Positions 25,205 to 45,641 of a stretch of DNA of 64,000 nucleotides are shown piece after piece. Each line of letters starts with the position of its first letter. Positions within the stretch are counted from its first letter, which is position 1. The notes under the pieces were generated by a model, which worked only from the letters and a program-made list of their open reading frames with translations, made no database searches and was not told the origin of the DNA. The position numbers were made by a program, and so were the translations under genes. The stretch is from Tubulanus polymorphus (lineage: Eukaryota; Animalia; Nemertea): the NCBI RefSeq assembly GCF_964204645.1, contig NC_134035.1, forward strand, positions 13,176,451 to 13,240,450. Direction: 5' to 3'.

Positions 25205-25722
25205 ACTTGGAATAACTTGGATATTAACATCAGCCTGTATTTCAATTCACTGAATATGTTTGATTATATATTGAAAATGTAAATTCTGACTATAAGGCGT
25301 CCCTGAAACTTACCACACCACGGTTTACAACAACTTAATCTCACTATAACAGCCTCATTTAAACTCAATAATTATGAGAGATGCAACTATCTCTAAATTC
25401 TTGTAAAACCTGTACTATGATATCCTTTTGTATGTAAATATGTAATTATCATTACTATATGCTATTTGCTACTATATACTATATGCTATAAAGTATATTA
25501 CTATTATATGCACATTTTATCTCGCCCAATGCTATTTGCGTGTGGCGAGGTCCATTCTTATACTACTGGGTACAGTTCCACAGTTTGGAGTTAAGATTTG
25601 ACTATGAGTTAACTCATTGAAAATGAACTAATCTTAACTCGGAGTTAACTCTAACTCACAACTGTGGAACTGGGTCCTGATGTTAATATTATGACAATAA
25701 AGATTACTTTAACAAGAAAAAA
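25205..25722 (+). mobile_element. 5'-truncated LINE 3' end with 9-bp TSD, containing a nested MITE
   Basis: TSD TAGTCTTTA (25196-25204, 25723-25731); starts TWNNLDINISLYFNSLNMF, like the CR1/L2 ORF2 C-terminal WN.L...SL..F motif; ends in AATAAA and an A-rich tail. Confidence 0.55.
25569..25676. mobile_element. MITE family A full-length copy
   Basis: CAGTTCCACAGTT / AACTGTGGAACTG TIRs; CTG on both flanks (3-bp TSD). Confidence 0.8.
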
Positions 25723-27567
25723 TAGTCTTTAGCCGAAACGTTGCCCAAAATACACGGTTATTCAAGAACTCAACATCTTCGGCTAAATTCATGAGGGATA
25801 TCTGTAATTAAGCGTCTTACACGGCGAGTGTGCGTATCTTCTCGAACTATTCAAATTCGTTTTTCACATGTTTTAACTATATAGTCATACCTGCAGCACT
25901 CCTTCAGTATTCATATTAGGTTAAAGAAACATTTCGGACTCGTTTTATTTTTATTTTTAGTGTAAAGATTTCATATCGTCGTATTGAGAGTGTTTCATCA
26001 ATGGGTACGGTAGATATATCACACGTAACGCAGGTCACACGTCTAGACTTTATGCTATTTCGTTTTTCATTTTGCGTGTAAAAAAAATCAGCAACAAAAT
26101 CCGCCGTTTCTGCGAACGGACAGCTAAAAAAAATCTGTTGACGCGTTTCTCACTGCGGAATAAACGGCTTCTTACAGCGAATCAGATTTACTCCGAGCTA
26201 TCACCAGTGAGAAGGAGAGAGACAGATAGATAGAGGCGTTATCAGCGATTCCTCTCTGAAACAAGCTTTTACTGTTGTTCTTACAATGATTAAACTGTCG
26301 TTGTGTCTCTGAGTCGAATACCGTATAAAACGCTAACGGGGATCAAAACACTTAACGTGATGAAATATGAAACCGATATTGCGTTACCATCTTGAAGTCC
26401 TTGCGTTTTCTGTATTTTACCTAAGAGGAGAATTCGACGCTTGGTTTTTTTTCCTGTTTTTTGCGGATCTTGGTCAAATTTCATGAACGGATTTAAGCTT
26501 TAAGAAGAGACTTCGGTCACCAAGAACGAGGCTATTACTATACGATAGCTCCTCTCATTTCTTAGGGTCCTGATATTTCACGGTATGTTTTAGGTTACAT
26601 CGGTTTAAGTTTGAATTGTAAGTTTATATCGAAAAGGTTCAGTTGTGGATATCCGACACTGACATCAGATACTTATTACTGGCGGAATTCATCCGATGGT
26701 CTTCAAACTATTTTTCAGCGAATGGATCCCGATGAATACAATGAAATCCGGGTCCGGTTGCTCAAAGGGTGGTTAAAAATAACCGACGGATATCAGTCGC
26801 TTGCCGGTTCAGACTGATTGGAAGATTGTTTGTTATGAACCGGAACCGAATTTCCAATTATGTACGTCGATTTAAACAAAAACCTTTGTAAACTCGACCG
26901 CCGATCACTCAACTATATCTGTACTTCGATTTCCGATTTTAAAATAAAACCCCCTGTTTCGCTTCCTGTTAGGGACATCAAATCCAACGATCAAACAAAA
27001 TCTACCAATTTAATAGATATCAAGGACAATCCCTATTTCAAGATAAAATAAAAATAATTAAATATCATAGTAACAATGAACTTTTTGAAAACTATGTCAA
27101 CTATCTACTAGTTAACTCTAACCAACTTTTGAGCAACTGGCCCCAACTGAGTTCTGCTGTAGTCTCCGACCTGTGGCTTAGTGAAACCATCTTTCGAGTG
27201 ACATTGACCCCTCGTTTTCCTCGCTGATCATTAGCGTTGCTATGGTTTACGATTTGAAGCGACTGATTCATTAACTCATGACGTCATTATCAGCGACCAG
27301 TAGATCCAACATAAGCCATTGATGACAGGACAATGGATTCATAATCCCGAATTAGTGTTTTCTATTGAACGTTAACGAAGTCAAAGAGTAAATCGGAAGA
27401 ACTGTCAACTGAGTGATATCCGTTCATGACCTGCCCTTCCTCCTGCGTCCATTTCATGGTAAAGCGCCGGGATTGATATCGAACGACTGTATTATGGTAT
27501 TATAGACCCCTGGATGAGTCCTCAATATAGAACACTGTAGGGCTTTGATTGTGGTATACGCCAGCAG

Positions 27568-28300
27568 GGGACCAGTTCCATAGTCAAGACTTAAGACCAA
27601 AAGTGGTCTTAAATCTTAAGACTGGTCTTAAGTTGTTAGATTAGCTATAGAACTAAGTTGGTCCTTGAACGGTCTTAAGTTTAAGCACTGACTATGGAAC
27701 TGGCTCCAGGGGCCAGTAGCACAGTCGTGACTTAAGTCCAAAACTGGTCTTAAATCTTAAGACTGGTCTTAAGTTGTTAGATTGGCTATAGAACTAAGTT
27801 GGTCTTAAACTGGTCTTAAATCTAAGTCATGACTATGCAACCGGCCCCTGGAGTTGAAGTTGTTAAGTCACAGCTTATACTTAAGACCAGTCTTAGACCA
27901 TCTAAGTTCGATAAAACAATGTAACAACTTATGACCAGTCTAAGACCAACTCATAGTTCTGACATCAATTGAACAATTCAAGACCAAAGATTTAATATCA
28001 TTTTCGGACTTGTGCCACGACTGTGCGACTGACCCCCAGTTTGACTCGTTGAGAAGGACCTGATCTTAAACATTACTTTAGTTAACGATAACTCAGTACT
28101 GTGACACTGGATCTTGAGATCAGAGTTGACTCTAACTCAACTGTGGAACTGGTCCCTGTTAAAACTCATCGGGGTCGGTTCCATAGTGATGGCTTAGACT
28201 TATTACCAGTCTAAGTCCTTAGTTCCAATCTAACATCTTAAAACCAGTTTTAAGATTCAAGACTTCTTTTGGAATTAAGTCTCTACTAAGGAACAGGGCC
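27568..28300. mobile_element. Cluster of MITE family C copies (27568-27706, 27710-27847, further decayed copies)
   Basis: GGG(A)CCAGT termini, CAG spacer, shared interior AAGACTGGTCTTAAGTTGTTAGATTGGCTATAGAAC. Confidence 0.75.
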
Positions 28301-28348
28301 CAGGGTCGATTTTGAATCGTATCTCAATTAGTTCAATTTACGCTGGAC

Positions 28349-28432
28349 CCTCGCTTGCCAGGGCTTGGTTGTAACCCGAACCGAAGTTCACGTGAGCTTC
28401 AGTGGAAGGAAACAAGCCCTGGCAAGTAAGGA
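28349..28432. mobile_element. Short MITE with CCTCGCTTGCCAGGG TIR (relative at 45298-45641)
   Basis: CCTCGCTTGCCAGGGCTTG ... CAAGCCCTGGCAAGTAAGG. Confidence 0.65.
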
Positions 28433-30974
28433 TCTCAAAATGCATGTAGTTATATGACGTGAATGAATAACGTCGTATATGTTATACTACCTACGCGACA
28501 TCTAGCGGTGCCATTGGATGACACGTCGGTCGTCTCTCTATCCATCCAAACATTGCTAAAAAACGACTGTAAGAAATTTTAAGAATCGTTTCATCTAAGG
28601 CCTTTTGGGAACTCTTCAATCAACACCTGACTCTCTAAAGCTAGCGCACATTGAAAAACACAAGAAAAATCTAATCTTTTGAAGCCAATCTAACAATCTT
28701 ACGACAAATGTTATGACTCAGTTAATGACTAAAGTCACGAACTGGGCTCCGGACTGCAGGACGGGGGGTTACTCTGAGCGAACTTCCTTTATCGGAATTT
28801 GCGGCTATTACTCTTATTAAGTGAATTCGACTAGCTACGAAAACCGAAGTCCGCCCTCAACTGTAGGATGTTCCCTGAAACTGGCGGAATTCGCAAAAGC
28901 ACCAAATCTCATTTGTCGTCTGAATGTACTGCGACCTTGACCGTTGATTGTAAACCACTCGCGCACGGCACGCACTGTAGTGTGTGCGCGGTATCCAATT
29001 GACGAAGGAAATTCCATCGGATTAAAAATCAAATGAAAACAAACGATTGAAATAACGATAGACGACGCGTGATGATCTGCTGCTGCTACTTGTGGTGAAA
29101 ATTACAACTCGTTTGCGTGTAGTGTGTCATTCTAATCAAAAATACACCAATCACAAGGGAATTCTACGTGTAATACGCACCGCCGCTTTGAAGCCACAAG
29201 CTTTCAAACGGATGTAACCGTCTATTCGCGTTTCCGGTCTCAACTTCCAAAAATTCACCTTTTCATCTCCGGTGATCTAACGGTGGTGACGATCACTGAA
29301 GGGCATCGCGCAAAATAACAGATACCTCTGATGCTGATATGATACACGTGACACTAGGTAGTTAACAGCGGGATCACAGTAACGCTACAAGCAGAGTCAC
29401 GCGTCTGGGGAGTTCTCTTCATCACAGTTTACGCTACGAGCGAGTCTGATTCACTACGTCACAGGGGTGTTCTCAAAGGCAGGCGCCATTACCTATAAAT
29501 AGGACTTATTATTCTATTTCTTTTCTGTAGCTTTGTGATAAATTGTTTTCCGTTGTTTCGTTTTCTCTTCATCCGCGTTTCATCGACAGTTAACAATTTA
29601 TTATGATGAATAAAAGAAAACTTTAATAAAAAACTTATTCAAACATGGCGGGATTCTATCCGGTATCTTCTCACTGTTGCATCAGGGAGGGCGCCACCTC
29701 TGTAGCATCCTCCCCCGGCAGGGATTCGAACCTGATGGCATCGAGATTGCCACGGCACGAAACGCTGCCATAATCGACCGTGTGCGCAGATACATGCGCA
29801 GTTCAGATGATGTGATTTTTAGCCAATCAGAAATCCCGTTTTATTTTAGCCCGGGTTTTCCCATTTATAGTTCTTCCTTGAAATTTGCCTCAACGATTAT
29901 ACAACGATGCCTCTGTAGTTACATGAACCACATATACACGCATTATTGTTCATTATTAATCAATATTGTTTATCCCTTGGAGTTTTTAAAAATGTTTGCC
30001 TTGTATAAAAAAACATTGTAATCTAATCCGATTTGTAAATGTCTACTTATGAGGACCAATAAAGAAAGTTTAGAATTCTGAATTGTGAATTCCACGGTAC
30101 AATCACCAATCTAGACAAAATCCACCTGGGGCTCCAACCATACACACGCACCTCCTCCGGATCACATCCCCAAAACTCTACATTGCAGCGTTTTCCTTCG
30201 ATACCTCGGGTTTTCCTTGTTCCTCACGGGTAGTGTTTCTGTTATGTCACATTTTAAAATAGAAACACGTTCTGTATCTGTCTCTGTCTCTGTCTCGCTC
30301 TCTCTATCTCCCGTCGCGCAACCACCACCTCTCATCTGGTATCACATTATTCCATTTCACACGCCCGATGGCTGTTCATTCGCTACAGCTGTGAAAATAT
30401 AAAACGAAAAACCTTCAAATTGAAATCCGAATTTCTGTCAACAACCCGTAACGCCACGTGGATGCCTTGCGGCCATCTTTGCAAGTGCACTCAGCGAAAT
30501 GAAACGTCGTCGCCGCCATGTTGGTTTTATTCGAAAACCGAACGCAATTAAACAAGTGGAAGATTGGTCTATTTTTCATATATTTGTTTTATTAATTTCT
30601 AGTTTCAGCTGCGGAGAGAGATAGAGGGGGAGGGTCATTGATTAATACACAACCACAATCAGCATTTTGACGGATTAGAAGCAGAATATCTCATAAAAGC
30701 GGCCATCTTGGATCGAGCACGTGCTCAAGTCCCGCGTGATCTCTTCAAACTCACGTACAATCCAAAATGGCGGCGTTTACGCGGATAACCGAGAGCGAAA
30801 CTTTCAAGGCACAAAATACGAAAGTAGAATATGAATGATTTTATAGTACGTGATTACTGTTAACTTCGGCTGTGGATGTACAGATTATATTAGAACTCTG
30901 TATCGAGCAATCTATCTGAAGTGACAGGTATTCGCGTCAACACAAGGCTTAACAAGATATTTCTATGAAAAGTA

Positions 30975-31295
30975 GTTCTGGATCCAGTTCTATAGATCTG
31001 AACTCAGTTCCACAAATCTGGACCCAGTTCCGCGATTCTGAACCGTGTTCCGCAGTTCTGGGCCCGGTTCCCCTGTTCTGGATTCAGTTCCACAGTTCTG
31101 GACCAAATTCCGCTGTTCTGGACTCAGTTCGATAGTCCTGGACCCATTTACACAGTTCTGGACCCGGTTCTATCAGATCTGGATCCAGTTCCACAGTTCT
31201 GGACTCAGTTTTACAGTCCTGAGTCCAGTTCTTGGGTCTGGATCCAGTTCCACAGATCTGAACCCAGTTCCGCATGGGCCCAATTTCGCAGTTCT
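30975..31295. repeat. Degenerate 20-bp TIR-derived minisatellite
   Basis: Variants of GGACCCAGTTCCACAGTTCT. Confidence 0.85.
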
Positions 31296-31660
31296 CATAA
31301 AAAACGAATGAATTCTAAAAGTATACATTTTGAGGTCCTTTGATAATGGTTGAAAATACCGTTTAAAGTTAATCGAAAATGAACTGATTTTCACCACTTA
31401 AGACTGAGCGAGCGCTCGTGATGCCATCTAGCGGTTTCCCATATGGAGGACAGAAATAAATCTTCCAGGAGGAGAACTTCAATATCGTCTGCATTGGGTT
31501 TTCGACTACATGTATAAAAAACTCATGTTGATTCTGTTTTTTTCTTTTTTTCGAAGTTTCAGTCCATCGATGGCAAATCGCCGCAGTGTCTAGTAGCGTA
31601 CGTGTACCGACACTCGATTGCCAGGGTTGACTTTCGTTTAACCCTACGCAGCTTTCTGCT

Positions 31661-38228
<6,568 letters not shown>

Positions 38229-38359
38229 TGTAATAACTGTAGTGTCGTTTTACACTTGTTTGGTATCTGAAAATAAGAAAAGAAGAAAAATCGGTTGATT
38301 TCATTTCACGTTAACAAGAATGGAGTGAGACGAGAAAAAATGGGTAAGAGTTGATGAGA

Positions 38360-38700
38360 AATTGGAGGAAGAGAATAAGAGGAGGAGAGAGGAGGGAGGA
38401 GGGGCGGAAGGATGGAAGGAGGATAGGGGTACGAGGAGGGATGGAGGGAGGGGGCTGAAGGGGAAGGGATGATGAGAGAAGGGAGGAGGGATGGAGAGAG
38501 GAGGTAGAAGGAGGGAGGGACGGAGAGAGGAGGGAGGGGAGGAGGATGTAGGATGGAGGGAAGGGGGGAGGACGGAGTTAGGGAGGAGTGAGAAGTGAGT
38601 AGGAAGGAGTAATGGAGGGACGGAGAGATGAGTGATGGAGGGATAGCGGGAGTAGGAAGGAGGGAAGGAGAGAGGAACGAGGAGCGAGTAGAAAGTGAGG
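38360..38700. repeat. Purine-rich low-complexity tract
   Basis: GGAGGGA/GAGA-rich sequence. Confidence 0.85.
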
Positions 38701-40097
38701 GTGAACTCGGTAGGATATTTTCGAGTAGAGATCCAATGACACACAGTTCACATCTCGCGCGTGGAACTGATTTTCTATATACGGTCGCTTATTTGGCCGT
38801 TATAGTATTTTAGATGCTGGGCACGAACATTGATAAATAAACGGTGAGGATCTACAGGGCTCTAGACTGGTGAGTAAATAATGCACTGAGCGAATACAGT
38901 TGTAGTTAGATTGTTTTAGGACTGGACGTCGGAAACGGTCAAGAAGCCAGTTGAGAATTTTTATCAGATCACGGACAAGAGGTATAGCGGTGACCAAACT
39001 GTAGATTAGACCGAGTGTAAAGCTCTTAAAGCTGGCGTAAATACTTCTGACGCTTAAGCTGCAGATTCTGGCTCGTGAAGGTTTGGCGACCAAAATTACA
39101 GCCGTCATCGATCATTCGCGTCTTATACCGACTCAGATTCTAACAGACTGAGACTGCAAGAATTTATTGTTACAACAAATTGTCGTGATGCGTATATTCA
39201 AGCATTCAGAGTCTATTTTACTATCATGATGAAGTCTACACTTGAGTTATCAATTCACCAACGTATCGTGAATTCAGTCCTAATGATTTTTATTACATAA
39301 AGTCATCCAGAATTTAAACATTTGATTTCGTGATATATTTAAGCATTGCACAATCGTGACTTAGGTCCGAAAATAGTGTTAATGCGTTCGATTGCCTCGC
39401 CTTGAGTTGTTAGAGTGGATACAGTTTACAAAATGAACTCATAGTTTTGGAAGATTCTACAAACATTCATATCAAAAGCACTGGATCTCTAGTTCCATGA
39501 AGTCAAATTGAACCCAGCGGAACTGTAGAATTGTTGTATCTTACAAATGTCACGAGAAATTTTAAGGTTTTGTAAATTCGAATCCAAAGTTCAGAACAAA
39601 CGTAACACTGTTGTTAATGTTTTGTTGAGTTGGATTTAGTGCCATTGTCAGATGAAACCCTAGCGGCAACGTAGAACTGTAGTTTGTATCTTGCAAATAT
39701 TACGAGACTCGTTTTCTAAATTTGTCACTGAATAGAAACCAAGTTTTTTTTCTCAGTGCAACGTCGGTAGTGACGCAGTGGGAAACAGTAAGCCAGTAAG
39801 CATGTATTTTATCCGATGGCTCCAAATCGAATAATAAGGTTTATTTACCGGTTTACAGAGAAGCGTCACGTTACCTGCTGTTGTTAATCTGATCCGGCGG
39901 TAACATTTATTCTCTCATGGGTAAAGAACGCATTCAGGGAACCGGAATATCCGCAAAGATCAACATCCCCCGGATCATTTCATGCTCAAGAGCATTCTCT
40001 ACACTTTTAACGGTATGAGGTGATATTTTTTACAAATATTGACGATGAAAGAAGTCCCGTATTGTGCGAGTGTTCTCAAAAAAGAATCTTCGTCATA

Positions 40098-40362
40098 ACC
40101 ATTGATAAAACACTCCGAGTCCGTGGCCCACACACGAGTCTGAAATGTTTCCAATTGAGCTAGTGTAGTTTATTCGACGTTTCTACTTTATCCTAAATAG
40201 TCATCTTCAGGAATACTTTTGGAGACCATTGATGAAACACTCTGTTGTAATGAAAATATCAATTACCACGATAAAAAATGAAAAAGCGTCTGAAATGTTT
40301 CCTCGAGCTAGTGGTTGTCTATTCAACACATCGACTGTATCCTATCAATATTCATCTGCAGC
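40098..40362 (-). mobile_element. Hammerhead-family repeat with ~150-bp monomer, degenerate
   Basis: Spacer-HHR-spacer-HHR with the same unit as the 18289 array (TTGAGCTAGTGTAGTTTATTCGACGTTTC..AGTCATCTTCAGGAATAC). Confidence 0.7.
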
Positions 40363-40980
40363 GAACAACACACCAGGTTGATAAATCTTCATGGCTCCGG
40401 TCTTATAGACTTGTACTACCTTTAACCCTGGGGTAAACCCAATAGACAATGAAGTGAGTTAAAGGTAATACTAGTCTATAAAACCGGGGCATGGAGATTA
40501 AAGTCGAAACGCGGAATAAATAAATTTATAGCTTAAAGGAAACTTCATCTTTCTGGTTATATCAGTGTATGGTATTGATTCTATATCTTCACAATATAGT
40601 AGGTATTTTACACTTCAAATACTGTGTCTCATGATTCCAATAAGTTGTTAACTTTAAAGTTTCTAACGAGCCTTCTTTAGCCATTACTCTGCATCAGCGT
40701 GGTAGACGAACTGAGTCGAATCTTGAATCATTAAAATCTAAAATCAGTTAGTTGTTCGTTCACGATAAAGCATTTCAGACTAAGAATTATTTATAGAACA
40801 CTTTAAAGAGTTTCTAGGTTGTTGTTTTAACAAATCGACAATAACTTATCAAAGATACGACACGACAAAGAAACGACACGAAACCGATTTTAGAAAATCT
40901 TGTTTGATAGAAATGAAATTAACTAATTTCAACTCAGAGTTACTTAACTTTAAACGATAAACTGTGGGTCGAACCTGTGG

Positions 40981-41170
40981 CACCTGCTCAGTAGCTGAGC
41001 AAGTGGCTGAGCAGTGCCTGGTATCTGAGCAGTACCTGAACAAGTGACTGAGCAGTGTCTGGTACCTGAGCAAGTGGCTGAGCAGTGTCTGGTACCTGAG
41101 CAGTACCTGAACAAGTGTCTGAACAATGTCTCGTACCTGAACAGTACCTGAGCGATGCGTGGCTGAGCGG
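40981..41170. repeat. Complex short tandem repeat (CTGAGCAGTACCTGAACAAGTG variants)
   Basis: Directly visible. Confidence 0.8.
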
Positions 41171-42656
41171 ATGAACACGGATAGAACTAATCACATGTAA
41201 CCACCGCCTCTAGAGTTAGAGATACGTGACTTGTCACAAACCGATTAGAATCACATAAACAACTCGTAAGCATATCGTGTATCCAGTTTCTGAAACATCG
41301 ATAGGAACCTGATGAGACACACGCGAGACACGATACCGCATTATCTTTTTCGTATACACTACATCGAAAACAATATCCCGACAATGCGTATATACATGAA
41401 TATATCGGAAATTGTCGAGGTAAAATTGACCGATCACGGCGAATTTAGAACGCGTCTCCTGTCTGTAATGGTTTACTGTAAGAATTTAGCGCTTCACTTG
41501 TTTTTGCCCGTGTTCGATATTAGATTTGTTGGTAGAGAATTATTACTCACTTATTTTACCGGGTGAAGTATCGCACAAAATCAATTGGTACAAGATATGG
41601 TATGTTATACCCCAGGACAGATAGGTCAACTCTTTATACTTTCACCATCAGGAAAAATCATTTTTTCCTGTTTCCGTTTTAGAATGATTTCTTACGAGTC
41701 ATTTATATATGGTTCAATAAAATTTGCCACCTCCTCAATTTGCTCTCAGTGTTGAAAGTTAGATCGGTACAAAACTGTCTAAATCGAAATGAATCATTCG
41801 TATGATTATATATTCCTATCGTGCAACTATTTATTCAGAATTTGGCATTTTATACTAACTATTCTCTTTCAGAATGAAGCATTCCTAATATTAGGCCTAG
41901 ATATAGTATATAGTCGCTGAGAGAAGGTCCGTTAGATCTTTGGGGCATTGAAGCCCAGGGGTCTTGTGCAGTAAAGGGTTAGAGTTAAGATCGGTCTTAC
42001 AAGAACTTAAAACCTGTCTAAGCTAACTAGATAGTTCTGGGTCTAATTTGTGGGTATGGCATACAATTATAGTTATCGATCATTGAAGTTATTAGGGAAC
42101 TCAAATAAGAAAATTCCTCTGTAACGTGGCGAACAGTTTATAGATTCAGATTTTTATCAAGTTGACGAATTTCCATCTCTCTAAAATCTAATTTGAAATC
42201 GTTTCACAATTAACCCGCTAACCTTCCTTTTAATGAACTAATTAGCGAAATAAACCGACTCTAGTCTTCAACGTCTCTTAAACATGTTCCGGTTTGGCAG
42301 CTTCCGGGCAAATCAATTCCGAACAATCTAATTATTTCCGCTCTGAACAACGACTTTTAATTGTTTAATCATACATCAAAAAAAACATCGTTATCAAATC
42401 GCTTTAAGGGCGGTTTTTATAATGGAATTATCCAATGTCGGTTTTATAGTTATTTCAAATTGGTAACGACCAGCCTTCTGTAAGACTGATCAGAATCTTT
42501 AGTAGATTGTTGTTAAAATCGCTCTATAAAAGCGATCACAGGACAAAGTGCAAACACAGTTGTGGCACGATCCAATGGGCAGCGTAACTCTCAAGTCTCG
42601 GTCTTAACTAAAATGGTCTTAGACTGGTCAACTCATAACGTCAACTCACATAGCCG

Positions 42657-43008
42657 CAGTGGTGGATCCAGGGGGTGTCTGTGTCCCCTAACGTTTTGAG
42701 GTTTCTCAAAATTTCTATCTTCAAATATTCCGAACTGAATTTTTTTATGAAGAAAGATTTCTTTTTAACAGTAGGTTTTATTTCAGACAAGTCTTTTAAA
42801 CATTGATAATTTCATGCCTCAAAATTTAGGTTGACGAACTGAAAAATACCTGCATTTTGTTGTGGCAATAATAAGCCGTTTTGCTAATTCTAGAAGATCT
42901 GAAACATCATTAAGTGTATGTGAACAACGAAATTGCGACGAAGCTTGGAAAAAGGCCACAATTTCTTAAGTGGATTATTCCTTAACTTTGGCCCTAGATC
43001 CGTTCCTG
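42657..43008. mobile_element. hAT-like non-autonomous element inserted in a MITE A terminus
   Basis: CAGTGGTGGATCCAGGG ... CCCTAGATCCGTTCCTG; flanks rejoin to AACTCACA..CTGTGGAACTG. Confidence 0.5.
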
Positions 43009-43389
43009 TTAGCTGTGGAACTGTGGACATTTTATAAACTATGATTCGCAATGATGCTAATTAAAGTTTGTATGAGTGTGAACTATATACATATGTTAAG
43101 GTGGATGTAATGATGAACTAGGGATAGATCGAAATAGAGCCAGGGGAATTATCGTGTGCGATGAGAAGTGGTTTAATTTAGAGAGATCCCGGCAGCTAGT
43201 TTGTGATTGATAACCAGCCGCATCGTAATGACAGAGGAAATCTTTTCATACATACATAAACTACATCAATGAACTCAGAGATCTCGGATCAAACTAAATA
43301 ATAATCAATCTATCTATTACAAAGAGTATATACATGATTCAGGATGGAAAACAACACAGGAATAAATCAATTGTGATCTCTCTAGTTAA

Positions 43390-43532
43390 GCGACCCGATC
43401 TCTCTTGCGGGGTGACCCCATCTCTCTTGTGGGGCGACTCGATCGAACTTGGGCGACCAGCTCTATCTTGTGGGGTGATCCGCTCTCTCTTGTGGGGCGA
43501 CTCGATCGAACTTGTGGGGCGACCCGCTCTCG
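43390..43532. repeat. ~22-bp degenerate tandem repeat
   Basis: GCGACCCGATCTCTCTTGTGGG variants. Confidence 0.8.
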
Positions 43533-45297
43533 CAGTTTATAAGATTCCATTTGAAAAGGCAGTGAAAGGTTAAGAATTCTTTCAGAAAACATTTTAGGGT
43601 CTCGTCGGGAATACGAGGAATCATCCATGGATATACACTTCCACCGAACATACTCTTTTTGAATAATGCTATTCGGACAATATTTGTTTTACTTGTCTAT
43701 ATGTCTATGGCTGGCTGCCACCGCAAGGTCGCTTATATAAGGGGGAATTTTTACCGGTTTTTTGCCGCGTATTACCGGTACCCGCGGTATTCACCGTATA
43801 GAAACGGAGGAAATAGCGGCGTGCGGAGCGTGTGAAGAGAAAAGTGTCACAAATCCCCGATCAAAGAACGCTTAATCAGTTTGATCGCATGTGTGGAGCC
43901 GACGTGTACTCAACGACAAACGGCACAAAAGAGAAAAAACGCTATACAAATGTATTTTAGTTATTTTTGTAAAATCTCAGTGAGATTCAGTGTGTCGATT
44001 CCTCCATGCGTACGATGCCGTTATTTATATATTTTTTTCTAAAACTCGTATCCAGATTAAAACCCCGTCAGGTGAAGTTACGATGTTTTATTTTTCTATA
44101 CTCCGCCACGATTTTCTTTTTATTTTGATTCACAGTGAAATGAATCAGAGCGTTGATCCCGCGAGAACGCGGGAAACATTTTCTATTTTTTCATTTCTCA
44201 ATTCTGACGAAACATGTTTTGTTCTGTTGCTTGTCGATGTGTACAGGGTGTAGTGAACGGAGAAACCGAGTGTAAAAATGGCAATAGTTCCGAAGAAAAA
44301 ACCGTCAGTTTTTCGAGCTAGAATTTCCGAGAAATCCAACCAAATGTGATAACTAAGGCAGGTTTTGATTTGTCTCAGTCAGAATACACTCTACACATTC
44401 CGGAATAACATTATCTGTAAACCCGATAGAAGCGGCCGGTTGAGAGTGTTTGGTAGGTTTCGATTGGTCTTTACCGATTCCGGATTCTCTTCTGGAGTGT
44501 TCGTTTCGACCAGAATACGCTCTACCTATTCCGGAATAACATAATCTGTTAACCCGATAGAATCGGTCGGTAGATTGGGTTTGGCACGTTTTGATTGATC
44601 TCAGCCGATTCCGGAATTCTCTTCTCTGCTGAATTCCTTTCGTCTTGATGGTCACATCTATGGCACAGGACTGACGTCACAGTGACATTAAAACAACAGA
44701 AACCCTTTTTACAGGAGAAGTATCTAAACAGACGAAACTAAAAATACTACGATGACGATGATGTCAGAAAAGCGTAATGAACAAACTGATTACAAAAAAC
44801 CTCTCGACTACAAAGTCTATTTAAACAGATTATTACAAAGACATTTATCCCTGTAACTGGACGTCGAGGTCTGTCGTTATTCTTTGATGTGGTTTATCGG
44901 GACAGTGACGCATTCTAAGGCTTCTATGACGTCATGAGCGAACAAAACTAATTATAAAATAGATCCGCGCATGCGACACTGCATCGAAGCCCACGCATTC
45001 TTTTGTCTTCTATCTCAATGACCTACGGCGCGTTTCGAGTAAGGAGTGCTCCGGTTGAGGAACTCCGATAAACGGGCAGTCACGCCTGGTAGATTTTCGA
45101 CACGGCCGATCGATACTCGCTATGAGACGATTGATTGTTGGAGTGACGCGATATTTCACCATATTGGGTTTTTTTGTCTCGGTCCAATCGACGGAGTTGT
45201 AACGGGACATACGCTGACTGTATACTTTCTGTAGTCGAATTGATACCCAGTGTAACCAGTGTTACTCGGCTTGGAGTCGCCCATCAAGTTGCTCTGT

Positions 45298-45641
45298 CAT
45301 CCTCGCTTGCCAGGGTTTGATAGCTGTCCGCTGGAAACCCTGGCCGCAAACCCTTCATTTGTCTATTACATAGCCAAAGATTTCTTGGGCGGACGGGTTC
45401 CCGCTCGGCGCCACCAGTCTACATATGTAGAAGACTGGTCGCCTGTCCAATTCTGCTCAACCTGCAATCGCAGTCAGAGTAGGTAGCCGAAGGTAGAGAC
45501 CGGCAACCAGTCTAGCGTATCAGATAAGTGGTATTTATAGAGCAAACGTCGTCGTGTCTGTAAAGACGCCATTGACTGGCTAGATATATGGACTGGCGTA
45601 AGCTCCAGCGGGCGGCAATCAGACCCTGGCAAGCGAGGATG
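45298..45641. mobile_element. MITE with ~24-bp TIRs and a nested small MITE (45432-45513)
   Basis: CATCCTCGCTTGCCAGGGTTTGAT / ATCAGACCCTGGCAAGCGAGGATG; inner AGACTGGTCGCC / GGCAACCAGTCT. Confidence 0.75.

Noticed and set aside
44353-44655. 100-aa minus ORF with dibasic sites
   Set aside because: No signal peptide; the internal duplication has a 130-bp period and does not keep frame
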